Origin: Pseudomonadota bacterium
GTDB taxonomy: Bacteria; Pseudomonadota; Alphaproteobacteria; UBA828
DNA: 64,000 nt
Direction: 5' to 3'
NCBI GenBank assembly: GCA_027624955.1
Contig: JAQBTG010000017.1
Location: forward strand, 1,929 to 65,928
Below the pieces are notes generated by a model that saw only the letters and a program-made list of their open reading frames with translations, was not told where the DNA came from and searched no databases. The translations under genes were made by a program, and so were the position numbers. This document shows, one piece after another, positions 41,362 through 50,380 of this stretch (its first letter is position 1; each line of letters starts with the position of its first letter).

Positions 41362-42393
41362 TCAGAGCAAGCGGTCGACGATTGGCGCGACGCCGCCGAG
41401 CTTGAATTCATCGTCTTCGCGCATCGGGTCGACGCAGGGAAGCCGGAGTGCATCCGAGGTTTCGTTCAGCACGCGCGTCGCCTCATTGACGCTGAGTTGA
41501 CTGGTGTTGATGGCGACGCCAGCACAAAATACCGCCGGGTTCGTGAGACGCGCGGCTGCAATATTCGCTGCCAAACATTCGCTCAATTTCGGCAATGGCC
41601 AACTTGGTAACCCGCGCATATGCGTGCGGGTCGGTTCATGGCAAAGCACGATCGCATCGGGCTGCGCACCGTGAATAAGCCCCAACGTTACGCCCGCGAA
41701 AGAGGGATGGAATAGGGAGCCTTGGCCTTCGATCAAATCCCAATGGTCGGGTGCATTGGCTGGCGAGAGCCATTCGGTGGCACCGGATATGAAATCCGCC
41801 ACCACAGCATCGACGGAAGCGCCGTCTCCAGCAATAAAAATTCCGGTCTGTCCGGTGGCGCGAAAGTCGGCCTTCACACCGCGCGCCTTGAGCTCCCGTT
41901 CGATGGCGAGGGTGGTGTACATCTTGCCCACCGAAGCATCGCTGCCAACGGTCAGCAGACGCTTACCCGCCCGTTTCTCGCCAGAACCCAAGGGAAATTC
42001 TCGCTCCGAGTGGCGGACGTCGAACAGTGACGCACCCATTTCCTTGGCCTTGTTGCTTATCATTTGAATGTCGCTGAGACGCATGTGCAGTCCACTGGCC
42101 AGATCCATGCCCCGATCGAGCGCTTCAACAAGCGTGTCGAGCCATTTGTCAGGAATGATACCGCCGCGATTAGCGACACCCACCACCAGAGTTCGCGCGC
42201 CCGCCTCCGCCGCCGCCGCAACGGAGATATCGGCAATACCAGCGGTCGCTTGGCAGCCGTCAAGACGCAATTGGCCGAGGCACCACTCGGGCCGCCAGTC
42301 AACGATGCCACGCGCGGTTTTGGCCGCTAGTTGGTCATGCGCGTCGCCGAGAAACAGCAGATAAGGCTGCTCGATGGATTTTTTTTCGTTCAT
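41362..42393 (-). CDS. DUF1611 domain protein (DgcN-like putative N-acetyltransferase)
   Basis: N-terminus KSIEQPYLLFLGDAHDQLAAKTARGIVDWRPEWC and overall length fit DUF1611. Start chosen at ATG 42391-42393. Confidence 0.65.
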   Translation of the reverse strand: MNEKKSIEQPYLLFLGDAHDQLAAKTARGIVDWRPEWCLGQLRLDGCQATAGIADISVAAAAEAGARTLVVGVANRGGIIPDKWLDTLVEALDRGMDLASGLHMRLSDIQMISNKAKEMGASLFDVRHSEREFPLGSGEKRAGKRLLTVGSDASVGKMYTTLAIERELKARGVKADFRATGQTGIFIAGDGASVDAVVADFISGATEWLSPANAPDHWDLIEGQGSLFHPSFAGVTLGLIHGAQPDAIVLCHEPTRTHMRGLPSWPLPKLSECLAANIAAARLTNPAVFCAGVAINTSQLSVNEATRVLNETSDALRLPCVDPMREDDEFKLGGVAPIVDRLL

Positions 42394-42564
42394 TTTCGTT
42401 GTGCTTTCCGCCCTTGTGGATTGCCGGAGTGTGCCGCGCTGACGCGCGTCCCGCAAGGGCTAGTGAGCTGGTAAATTTGCAGAAATATAACGGTTATCCA
42501 GCTTGATCGTAATCTTCCAGCAAGCTAGGTTGCTGGCAGTGGAAATACTGAGTATTCACAAAAA

Positions 42565-43590
42565 ATGTCTGTAAAAGAAGATTTTATAGAACTGATCGGC
42601 AACACGCCGATGCTTCGTCTCAAAGCAGCCTCGGAACGTACCGGATGTGAAATTCTCGGCAAATGCGAATTTCTCAATCCGGGAGGCTCGGTAAAGGATC
42701 GCGCCGCACTGTTCATCGTGCGCGACGCCGAGAAAAGAGGCCAATTAAAGCCCGGCGGCGTGATCGTCGAGGGCACGGCGGGCAACACCGGCATCGGCCT
42801 GACCTTGGTCGGCAATGCGCTGGGGTATCGCTCAGTAATTGTCATTCCCGATACGCAAAGCCAAGAAAAAAAGGACATGCTGAGGCTCTGTGGCGCGGAG
42901 CTGATCGAGGTCCCGGCGGTTCCCTACAGGGATCCAAATAACTTCGTAAGATATTCTGGCCGCCTCGCCGAGGAATTAGACGCGAAGGACCCGAAAGGCG
43001 CCGTTTGGGCCAACCAATTCGACAATATTGCCAACCGCCAAGCGCATTTCGAAACCACAGGGCCCGAAATCTGGGAGCAGACCAACGGCAGGCTGGATGG
43101 CTTTGTTTGTTCGGTCGGCAGCGGCGGTACACTGGCTGGTATCGCGCTGTATTTGAAGGAACGCAATGCGAATATCGTAATCGGCCTCGCCGATCCGATG
43201 GGTGCGGCACTCTTTAATTATTATGCCCACGGCGAACTGAAAGCTAAGGGCAGTTCGATCACCGAGGGCATCGGTCAAGGCCGCATCACCGCCAATCTTG
43301 AAGGCGTGCCGATCGATGTGCCGTTTCAGATTCCCGATGAAGAAGCGCTTCCCATTATCTTCGATCTGGTCGTGGAGGAAGGACATGTACTGGGCGGCTC
43401 CAGCGGCATCAATATCGCCGGCGCAATCCGTTTGGCGGAGAAGCTCGGCCCCGGCCACACGATCGTGACGATCCTTGCCGATTACGGCATGCGTTACATG
43501 AGCAAGATGTTCAATCCGGAATTCCTGCGCGCCAAGAATTTGCCCGTACCGCAATGGCTCGAAACCGGGGGCAATCGTGGCGGCAACTGA
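42565..43590 (+). CDS. cysK: cysteine synthase family PLP-dependent enzyme
   Basis: PLP-binding Lys motif (NPGGSVKDRAA) and glycine-rich loop (GTAGNTGIG). 341 aa. Confidence 0.85.
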   Translation: MSVKEDFIELIGNTPMLRLKAASERTGCEILGKCEFLNPGGSVKDRAALFIVRDAEKRGQLKPGGVIVEGTAGNTGIGLTLVGNALGYRSVIVIPDTQSQEKKDMLRLCGAELIEVPAVPYRDPNNFVRYSGRLAEELDAKDPKGAVWANQFDNIANRQAHFETTGPEIWEQTNGRLDGFVCSVGSGGTLAGIALYLKERNANIVIGLADPMGAALFNYYAHGELKAKGSSITEGIGQGRITANLEGVPIDVPFQIPDEEALPIIFDLVVEEGHVLGGSSGINIAGAIRLAEKLGPGHTIVTILADYGMRYMSKMFNPEFLRAKNLPVPQWLETGGNRGGN

Positions 43591-44299
43591 ACAATTATTC
43601 ACTGAAGACGCCTATGCGCGGACGTGCGAAGCTTGCGTGACGCACTCTGCGCCCGGCGCAATACAGTTTGATCGCACTGTGTTTTACCCTGCCGGCGGCG
43701 GCCAGCCCGGCGATAGCGGCGCTGTCAAACTCGCAGATGGCACGACTATTCCAATTCTGGATACTGTCAAAGGCGAAGGCATCGGTGAAATCCTCCATAT
43801 CGTACCAGACGATGCGTCGATTCCTGCGATCGGCACGGCAGTAACGGTCGAAATTGACTGGGCGCGCCGGCACAAACATATGCGCATGCATACGTGCCTC
43901 CATTTGCTGTGCGCCGTTATCGAGGCGCCGGTCACTGGCGGCCAATTGTCCGAGGATAAGGCCCGGCTAGATTTCGACCTGTCGGAACTCTCCATCGACA
44001 AAGCCGAGATCGAGGCACTTCTCAACCGGTTGATCGCGCGTGACGCGCCCACCACCACCCGATGGATTAGCGATACGGATCTTGCGGCACAGCCGGATCT
44101 CGTGCGCACGATGAAAGTGAAGCCGCCGAGCGGCCAGGGGCGGGTTCGCTTGCTCGACATAGCAGATGTGGATTTGCAGCCCTGTGGCGGCACCCATGTC
44201 AAATCAACCGGCGAGATCGGCCCCATAACGGTGCGCAAGATCGAGAACAAGGGCAAACATAACCGCCGGATAAATATTATCTTCAAGGAGCCCGAATGA
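43577..44299 (+). CDS. alaX: alanyl-tRNA editing protein AlaX-M-like (Thr/Ala-tRNA synthetase second additional domain)
   Basis: Zinc-binding editing motifs HxxxH (HMRMHTCLHLL) and CxxxH (QPCGGTHV). 14-nt overlap with cysK. Confidence 0.75.
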   Translation: MAATEQLFTEDAYARTCEACVTHSAPGAIQFDRTVFYPAGGGQPGDSGAVKLADGTTIPILDTVKGEGIGEILHIVPDDASIPAIGTAVTVEIDWARRHKHMRMHTCLHLLCAVIEAPVTGGQLSEDKARLDFDLSELSIDKAEIEALLNRLIARDAPTTTRWISDTDLAAQPDLVRTMKVKPPSGQGRVRLLDIADVDLQPCGGTHVKSTGEIGPITVRKIENKGKHNRRINIIFKEPE

Positions 44300-45150
44300 G
44301 TGTCCAACTGCCCGGGCCTCTCGTGTCGCCCGCCTGGCTCGCGGCGAATCTTGCGCGGCCCGGCCTCAAATTGATGGACGCTTCCTGGTATTTGCCGGCG
44401 GAGAAACGCGACCCGGCCGCCGAGTTCGAGGCCGAGCATATCGAAGGCGCGGTATTTTTCGACATTGATGGTGTTCGCGATCCTGACAATCCGCTGCCCC
44501 ACATGCTGCCGAGCGCGCCACTATTCGCCGAGGAAATGGCAAGACTTGGCATTTCCAATAGCGATACCGTGATCGTCTATGACGGTGCGGGCTTGTTCAG
44601 CGCGCCACGCGCCTGGTGGACATTGCGGATCTTCGGGCATGACAATGTGGCGGTTCTGAACGGCGGCCTTCCGGCCTGGCGCGCCGCCAACCTACCGATT
44701 GTCGCCGGCCGTGCTACATCCGGCACTGCGAAATTCAAGGCGATATTTCGGCCGGAACTGGTACGCGATCTGGCGCAGATGCTGGGCAATCTAGAACAGG
44801 GGGCGGAGCAGGTCATTGATGCGCGCGGACCTGGGCGTTTCGATGGCAGCGAGCCGGAAATTCGCGCCGGCGTCCGCTCCGGCCATATTCCGGGCAGTGT
44901 TAATCTTCCCTACCCGGTTCTCATCGACGCAGTGGATAAATCTCTGTTGCCGCCGGACTTGTTGGCCGCGGCGTTTGCCGAATGCGGCGTCGACCTGGCG
45001 CGGCCGGTTGTCACCACCTGCGGTTCTGGCATCAGCGCGTCACTGTTGGCCCTGGCGCTGTTCGTTTGCGGCCATACCGGCGCCGCTGTTTATGACGGCT
45101 CCTGGACTGAATGGGGTGGACGCAGCGATACGCCGACGGAGTCCTCCTAG
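44296..45150 (+). CDS. sseA: 3-mercaptopyruvate sulfurtransferase (tandem rhodanese)
   Basis: Two rhodanese domains with the catalytic-Cys loop TTCGSGISAS. The ATGA overlap with alaX indicates translational coupling. Confidence 0.85.
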   Translation: MSVQLPGPLVSPAWLAANLARPGLKLMDASWYLPAEKRDPAAEFEAEHIEGAVFFDIDGVRDPDNPLPHMLPSAPLFAEEMARLGISNSDTVIVYDGAGLFSAPRAWWTLRIFGHDNVAVLNGGLPAWRAANLPIVAGRATSGTAKFKAIFRPELVRDLAQMLGNLEQGAEQVIDARGPGRFDGSEPEIRAGVRSGHIPGSVNLPYPVLIDAVDKSLLPPDLLAAAFAECGVDLARPVVTTCGSGISASLLALALFVCGHTGAAVYDGSWTEWGGRSDTPTESS

Positions 45151-45190
45151 GCGGCCCCCTAGGCGGATCTCGGGATCGGCTTGGCGCGCG

Positions 45191-45213
45191 CCACGCCACG
45201 CCACGCCACGCCA
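45191..45213. repeat. pentanucleotide microsatellite (CCACG)x4.6 flanked by inverted GGCGCGC/GCGCGCC
   Basis: Read directly from the sequence: ccacgccacgccacgccacgcca. Confidence 0.9.
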
Positions 45214-45604
45214 GCGCGCCATATGCTGGATCAGGACACAAGCTCAACATCAAAAAAATTTGCGCATCAAGTTTGCTAAAGTAGGGCGAATTTAGCCTCT
45301 ATCAATCTTCGGATAGCTAGCCTGCTTGGCGCCGCGCTGGTGGGCGCGGTGCGCACATATCAAACCTCAATTGATAACCGATAAATCAACCTAGGCGAGT
45401 ATTACCTATAATTTTAATCGCCTAATGGGATCAAGGCTTTCGCCATCAAAATCGGCCGCGACGAACGGAAAACGCGGATCGCCACCACTTTTAATTGGCC
45501 GTGGCTCTTGCCTTTCTCGGCAGTCATTGCCGCAGGCACGGAGGCCGCACTCGTTTTCGTATCTTCATCATGAAGCGCCGCAGTCTCGCACTTCGTTCAT
45601 CGCC

Positions 45605-45636
45605 AAAAAAAAGCGCCGCCTTGGGTAAGGCGGCGC
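45605..45636 (-). terminator. rho-independent terminator (minus-strand orientation) in the long intergenic region
   Basis: Perfect 8-bp GC stem GCGCCGCC / GGCGGCGC with an 8-nt loop. On the minus strand it is followed by a U8 tract. Confidence 0.65.
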
Positions 45637-45853
45637 AGTAAAACAGGGAGACGAAACAATATCAGAGGTCTAATGCACGGCGATTTCATATATGTGAAAC
45701 ACCGTATTTACGAGAATATCTCCGAAATAGTTAATTAATCGTTAACCCGGAGCCAATTATTTACTTTCTTTCAACACAGAACGTAGAGCGGCGGCCTGGG
45801 CTCAAATATGTGCTGCGCTTTGAGATGCTTTGAATTATTCGCGGCCTTACGCC

Positions 45854-46618
45854 TTAAAATTTACCGTTGTCGTTTCTCCATTCGCTTCGTGGTGCGATTT
45901 TTTCAGTTGTGTCCCAGTGCTCAGCCACTTTTCCCTTTGCCAGCCGAAAAAGATCATAGAACGCGGAATGAACGCCGCCATAGTTTCCCTCGCTGACGCA
46001 GAGCACAAAACTTCCTTCGGCTAGGACATAGTGGATGCGATGATAATCAATGCGTTTGCAGCCGTTGTCTGCGGCTTCTAACGCGTCTTTAAGCATGGTC
46101 ACGCCATCGCCCAGACGCGGATTGTGCTCAACGTAGGAGTCCTGGTCGACGAAGTCCGTCAGGCGTTTAAGTTGGCCATCAACAAATACCGTCTCAATGA
46201 ACGATCGAGCCAGCGCGCGGTTGTGTTCGGTCAGATCGTGATCGGTGGCATCGGTCGGCCCATCCACCATGCTGCGGCCCGATTGGTTAGGCCGCTGCCT
46301 TTCCTGAATGTTGTCCCAATGCTCGATCGCCTGACCATTTTCGAACCGGAAGACCTCGAAGCCTATTTTTCGGCTAGCAAAGTCGTATTCCATATGGGCG
46401 AACACAAAATCGCCGTCCTCGAACGCCCGAACCATGTTTACCCGAGGCTCGGTTTTGGACAGTCGTTTGAACAGTGTCGCCAAACCCTCGCTGCCCTCGC
46501 GGGTCTGCGGATTGTGCTGAATGTACTTCGCTTCATTGACGACGGCGACCGCTTCCGGATCGCCAGTCTCGATGCTCTTCAACAGGGCTCGAATTTGTTC
46601 TTTCTTCGCAACTGACAT
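45854..46618 (-). CDS. tandem NTF2-like / SnoaL-like domain protein
   Basis: Two repeated roughly 120-aa halves, each resembling the SnoaL/NTF2 fold (…FENGQAIEHWD… and …AKGKVAEHWD…). Confidence 0.6.
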   Translation of the reverse strand: MSVAKKEQIRALLKSIETGDPEAVAVVNEAKYIQHNPQTREGSEGLATLFKRLSKTEPRVNMVRAFEDGDFVFAHMEYDFASRKIGFEVFRFENGQAIEHWDNIQERQRPNQSGRSMVDGPTDATDHDLTEHNRALARSFIETVFVDGQLKRLTDFVDQDSYVEHNPRLGDGVTMLKDALEAADNGCKRIDYHRIHYVLAEGSFVLCVSEGNYGGVHSAFYDLFRLAKGKVAEHWDTTEKIAPRSEWRNDNGKF

Positions 46619-46663
46619 TGCCTTCAGTACCCGATGAATTGGAGCGACTATTGCGCGTTCAGC

Positions 46664-46849
46664 TCACTTCTTGAACATGGCATCTGCCTCGCTGCGCACT
46701 ACATCTCTGTTGTCTAGTTCCAACTTCACGCGTTTCAATTCACGCTCTAAATCGTCGACATATCTCTTCAATGACTCGACCGAAAGATTATCCAGCACGC
46801 GGGGTGCCCAATCAGCGGCTTTCGGAATTACAATTTCGATGTCATCCAT
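46664..46849 (-). CDS. DUF1192 family small coiled-coil protein
   Basis: 61 aa MDDIEIVIPKAADWAPRVLDNLSVESLKRYVDDLERELKRVKLEL...AMFKK, matching the DUF1192 pattern. The longer 160-aa ORF is rejected because its N-terminal part is antisense to qor. Confidence 0.6.
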   Translation of the reverse strand: MDDIEIVIPKAADWAPRVLDNLSVESLKRYVDDLERELKRVKLELDNRDVVRSEADAMFKK

Positions 46850-46967
46850 AAAGTTTTCCCCCTCCATCGGACGCGCGCCATTATAACAACTCACCGGGGC
46901 AATCCGGGAGCAATAATACCGTGAGTAAACATAAATGAACGACCCAGGCGATCGCATACCCGAAGAC

Positions 46968-47948
46968 ATGCTGGCTGTGGAAATATCGACTCCGGGTGGG
47001 CCGGAAAATCTCGTCCCGACACGGCGCCCTGTGCCGCAGCCGGGGCATGGCGAAATATTGATCCGGGTCGCTGCGGCCGGCGTCAATCGGCCAGATGTGA
47101 TGCAGCGTGCGGGCGGATATCCCGCGCCACCGGGCGCATCCGACATTCCCGGACTGGAAGTGAGCGGAACTGTGGTCGCGTGCGGCCCTGGGGGCCAGCG
47201 ATACCAGCCGGGCGATTCTGTTTGTGCCCTGGTTACTGGCGGCGGCTATGCGGAATATTGCGCCGCGCCGGAGGTGCAGGCATTGCCGTTTCCTGACGGT
47301 TATACACCTGAGGAAGCCGGCGCGTTGCCCGAGACATATTTTACCGTTTGGACAAACCTATTTGAACGCGGGCGCTTGCGGCCGGGTGAGCGGCTGCTGG
47401 TGCATGGCGGCACCAGCGGCATCGGCACGGCTGCCATTCAACTCGCCGCGGCAATGGGTATTCGCGTGTTCGCCACCGCTGGCTCGCCGGATAAATGTGC
47501 CGCGTGCCGTGATCTCGGCGCCGAACTGGCCGTAAATTACCGCAGCGAGGATTTCGTGAAAGCGGTGAAAGCGGCGACCGGCGGCGAAGGCGTGGATGTG
47601 GTTCTCGACATGGTCGGCGGAGAGTATGTTCAGCGCAATTTGAGCTGCTTGAGAACGGAAGGCCGCCTCGTGCAAATTGCCTTCCTTGGCGGGCCCAAGA
47701 GCACACTCAATTTGGCGCCAGTGATGCTCAAGCGTTTGACGATTACCGGCTCCACGCTGCGTGCACAAAGCGTGGCAAGCAAAGGACGCATCGCGGCAGC
47801 GCTAGAAAAAGAAGCCTGGCCGCTCCTTTCAGCGCGCACCATCGCACCCGTGATCGATAGCTCATTCTCGTTGGAAGAGGCCGCAAAGGCCCATGCACGC
47901 ATGGAATCCAGCGAACATATCGGTAAGATAATGCTCCTCACCAATTAG
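46968..47948 (+). CDS. qor: NADPH:quinone oxidoreductase (zinc-type ADH superfamily)
   Basis: GGPE...GEILIRVAAAGVNRPD and GGTSGIGTAAIQLA Rossmann motif. Start chosen at MLAVEISTPGG; ATG 46935 is also possible. Confidence 0.8.
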   Translation: MLAVEISTPGGPENLVPTRRPVPQPGHGEILIRVAAAGVNRPDVMQRAGGYPAPPGASDIPGLEVSGTVVACGPGGQRYQPGDSVCALVTGGGYAEYCAAPEVQALPFPDGYTPEEAGALPETYFTVWTNLFERGRLRPGERLLVHGGTSGIGTAAIQLAAAMGIRVFATAGSPDKCAACRDLGAELAVNYRSEDFVKAVKAATGGEGVDVVLDMVGGEYVQRNLSCLRTEGRLVQIAFLGGPKSTLNLAPVMLKRLTITGSTLRAQSVASKGRIAAALEKEAWPLLSARTIAPVIDSSFSLEEAAKAHARMESSEHIGKIMLLTN

Positions 47949-48092
47949 AAGAAATCCTCACCGGCCCAATTGACCCTTATCCACCAAGAGCGATATATCA
48001 CTGTCATTCGAACATTCGCAGCCGCGAAGAAGATTTGCGCGGCTGGATACACAGCCCTGATCCGCGATGGAATTGGGGTGAAAGGATAAACA

Positions 48093-48755
48093 ATGTCTGA
48101 GTTATTGATGCCCAAAGCGACGGCCGTCTGGTTGGTCGACAGTACCGCGCTCACTTTTGAACAAATCGCGGTGTTTTGCGGCTTGCACGATCTGGAAGTT
48201 CAGGGCATCGCCGACGGCGAAGTCGCTGTTGGTATCCGTGGTTCGGACCCGATCACCAACGGCCAGCTCACGCGCGATGAGATCGCGCGCTGCGAGCAGG
48301 ATAAAACTTTGCGGCTGAGTTTAAGCTCGCCAACCACAAAGGTGCCCGAACGCACACGCCGGGCGCGCTACACCCCTGTCAGCAAGCGCCAGGACCGGCC
48401 CAATGCAATTTCTTGGCTGGTCAAGAACTATCCGGTACTGAACGACGCGCAAATCGGCAAACTCTTGGGCACAACCAAATCGACGATTACCGCAGTACGC
48501 GAACGTACGCACTGGAATACGCCCAACATCTCTCCGCAGGATCCGCTGCTTCTCGGCATCTGCTCTGAACAGGAATTGTTGGAGGAACTGCGCAAGGGCC
48601 AAAGACGCCAAGAGCGCGAGGAAAAGAAGGCGGCGCGTGAGGCAGCCAATAAAGCTGCGGCAAAAGCTGAGGCCGCCGCATCCGTCGCGCCGCCCCCACA
48701 ACCGGACCCGGCGCCCGTCCCGGCGCCGGCCGACGAGACAGAATCGGCCTCATAG
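48093..48755 (+). CDS. DUF1013 domain protein
   Basis: The N-terminal 120 aa (LMPKATAVWLVD...FEQIA.FCGLH.LEVQGIADGEVA) match the conserved alphaproteobacterial DUF1013 family. The C-terminus is low-complexity, Lys/Ala/Pro-rich. Confidence 0.6.
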   Translation: MSELLMPKATAVWLVDSTALTFEQIAVFCGLHDLEVQGIADGEVAVGIRGSDPITNGQLTRDEIARCEQDKTLRLSLSSPTTKVPERTRRARYTPVSKRQDRPNAISWLVKNYPVLNDAQIGKLLGTTKSTITAVRERTHWNTPNISPQDPLLLGICSEQELLEELRKGQRRQEREEKKAAREAANKAAAKAEAAASVAPPPQPDPAPVPAPADETESAS

Positions 48756-48885
48756 CCGGGCTTCGGGGCTTTACGACAAGCCAGCGCGGCAAACCGACGC
48801 CGTAGGCGAGCGCGGTAGGCGCCTTGCAGTGGGAAATGCGATTCGATTAAACGCTGGGAACGGCCAGCGACATCTAACTTGCCGC

Positions 48886-50220
48886 CTATGACCTTAAGGG
48901 TTTGGCCGACAAACCGCGCTTTGCCGCGTCTTCCTGGAGTCCGTCCCTAAACTTTGGATGGGCAACGGCGATAAGGGCCTGGGCACGCTCGCGCAGAGAC
49001 TTGCCACGCAGTTCAGCGATGCCGAATTCCGTAACCACCATATCTATATCTGTGCGCGCCGTCGTGACAACTGAGCCCGGCGAGAGTCCGTCGACGATGC
49101 AGGATACGGCGCCGTTCCTGGCGGTGGCATGAGTGGCAAGAAACGACCGGCCACCATCAGCCATCATGGCGCCGCGGATGAAATCGGCTTGGCCGCCGGT
49201 GCCGCTATACTGCATGCCGCCAATCGATTCCGAGCACGCCTGGCCGGTGAGGTCGACCGCGATGGTCGCGTTAATTGCTATCATTCCCTTATGTTGCGCG
49301 ATGACGAAAGGGTCGTTGGTATACTCCACTCGATGGCCTTCGATTGCCGGATTTTTATGTAAAAAATCGTAAGTTTGCCGAGTCCCAGCGGCGAAGGTAT
49401 AGAGAGTCTTGCCGGGATTGATCGATTTTCGCGAATTATCCGCCACGCCCGTCTCCATCAGAACCCGCATGGCGTCGACGAACATTTCGGTATGGATGCC
49501 GAGATGTTTGTGATCCAGCAAGCACAGGCCGACGGCACTTGGCGCGGCGCCGTAGCCCAACTGAATTGTGGCGCCGTCCGGAATTCGCGCGGCGATAAAT
49601 GCACCGATCTTTTCGTCCTCGGGCGTCCCCGGCGGGTTGGGCAGTTCAAAAATATCGCCGGCGCTTTCGACGATGGCGCTCACTTCGGACACATGCACAC
49701 GGCAATCGCCGAACACATGGGGCACGTTAGGATTGACTTCGACCACGCTGAATCGCGCGGACTCGATCAGCGATTTGGTGTAATCGATACTGATGCCAAT
49801 ACTCATGTAGCCGTCCGAATCGGGCGGCGAGGCCAGCGTCATGACAGCGCCCACCTGCATGTCTTCGCGCATGATCTTGGGCATCTGACCGAAATGCATC
49901 GGCGTCATGTCATAGCGGCCCTCAAAGACACCGAGCCGGTCGGGGTTGCCGCAAAACAGGCTGTCCCAATCGAGGCTGTCTAAATGCTCGGGCTGCAACA
50001 AGGCATTGGCGAGATCAGGGGTCGGCAATATCGTACTCGTGCGCACGCGCGCCAGGTTACCCGCCCGCAAGCGACGCCCCATCGCGGCAAGCAGGGCCGG
50101 CGGTTGCCCGGCCAGAGTCGGTAGAATCAGACGCTGGCCGTCTTCAAGACGGCTTACCGCGTCGTCTGCGGATTGCAGCCGGCGCTGATACTCGGGCTGC
50201 CAATCACTTTGTTGAACCAT
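48886..50220 (-). CDS. acetyl-CoA hydrolase/transferase family protein (CoA transferase)
   Basis: 444 aa of the AcetylCoA_hydro family (4-hydroxybutyrate / succinyl-CoA:acetate CoA-transferase-like). Start chosen at ATG 50218-50220. Confidence 0.75.
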   Translation of the reverse strand: MVQQSDWQPEYQRRLQSADDAVSRLEDGQRLILPTLAGQPPALLAAMGRRLRAGNLARVRTSTILPTPDLANALLQPEHLDSLDWDSLFCGNPDRLGVFEGRYDMTPMHFGQMPKIMREDMQVGAVMTLASPPDSDGYMSIGISIDYTKSLIESARFSVVEVNPNVPHVFGDCRVHVSEVSAIVESAGDIFELPNPPGTPEDEKIGAFIAARIPDGATIQLGYGAAPSAVGLCLLDHKHLGIHTEMFVDAMRVLMETGVADNSRKSINPGKTLYTFAAGTRQTYDFLHKNPAIEGHRVEYTNDPFVIAQHKGMIAINATIAVDLTGQACSESIGGMQYSGTGGQADFIRGAMMADGGRSFLATHATARNGAVSCIVDGLSPGSVVTTARTDIDMVVTEFGIAELRGKSLRERAQALIAVAHPKFRDGLQEDAAKRGLSAKPLRS

Positions 50221-50380
50221 ATATCCCCCATTTTGGTCGCCGGATTTTGGCGCGCTGCCGCGGAAGGGGCAAGTATGCGAGAGCGCATTGTGGCCACGTG
50301 GGGTCAACATCGAGTATATTGCGCAGGCATTTGCCGGATTTGGGTGCCCGAACCGGTAGAATTGCCACCCGACAATTGAC

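Noticed and set aside
42976-44502. 208-aa and 272-aa minus-strand ORFs overlapping cysK and alaX
   Set aside because: Antisense shadows of well-supported plus-strand genes. Their composition is low-complexity.
45425-45628. 67-aa plus-strand ORF in the long intergenic region
   Set aside because: The translation is Ser/Arg/Pro-rich low complexity. The ORF runs through the terminator hairpin and has no RBS or homology.
46850-47146. N-terminal part of the 160-aa ORF upstream of the DUF1192 sequence
   Set aside because: It is the reverse complement of the qor 5' end and intergenic DNA. Only the C-terminal 61 aa match the DUF1192 family.
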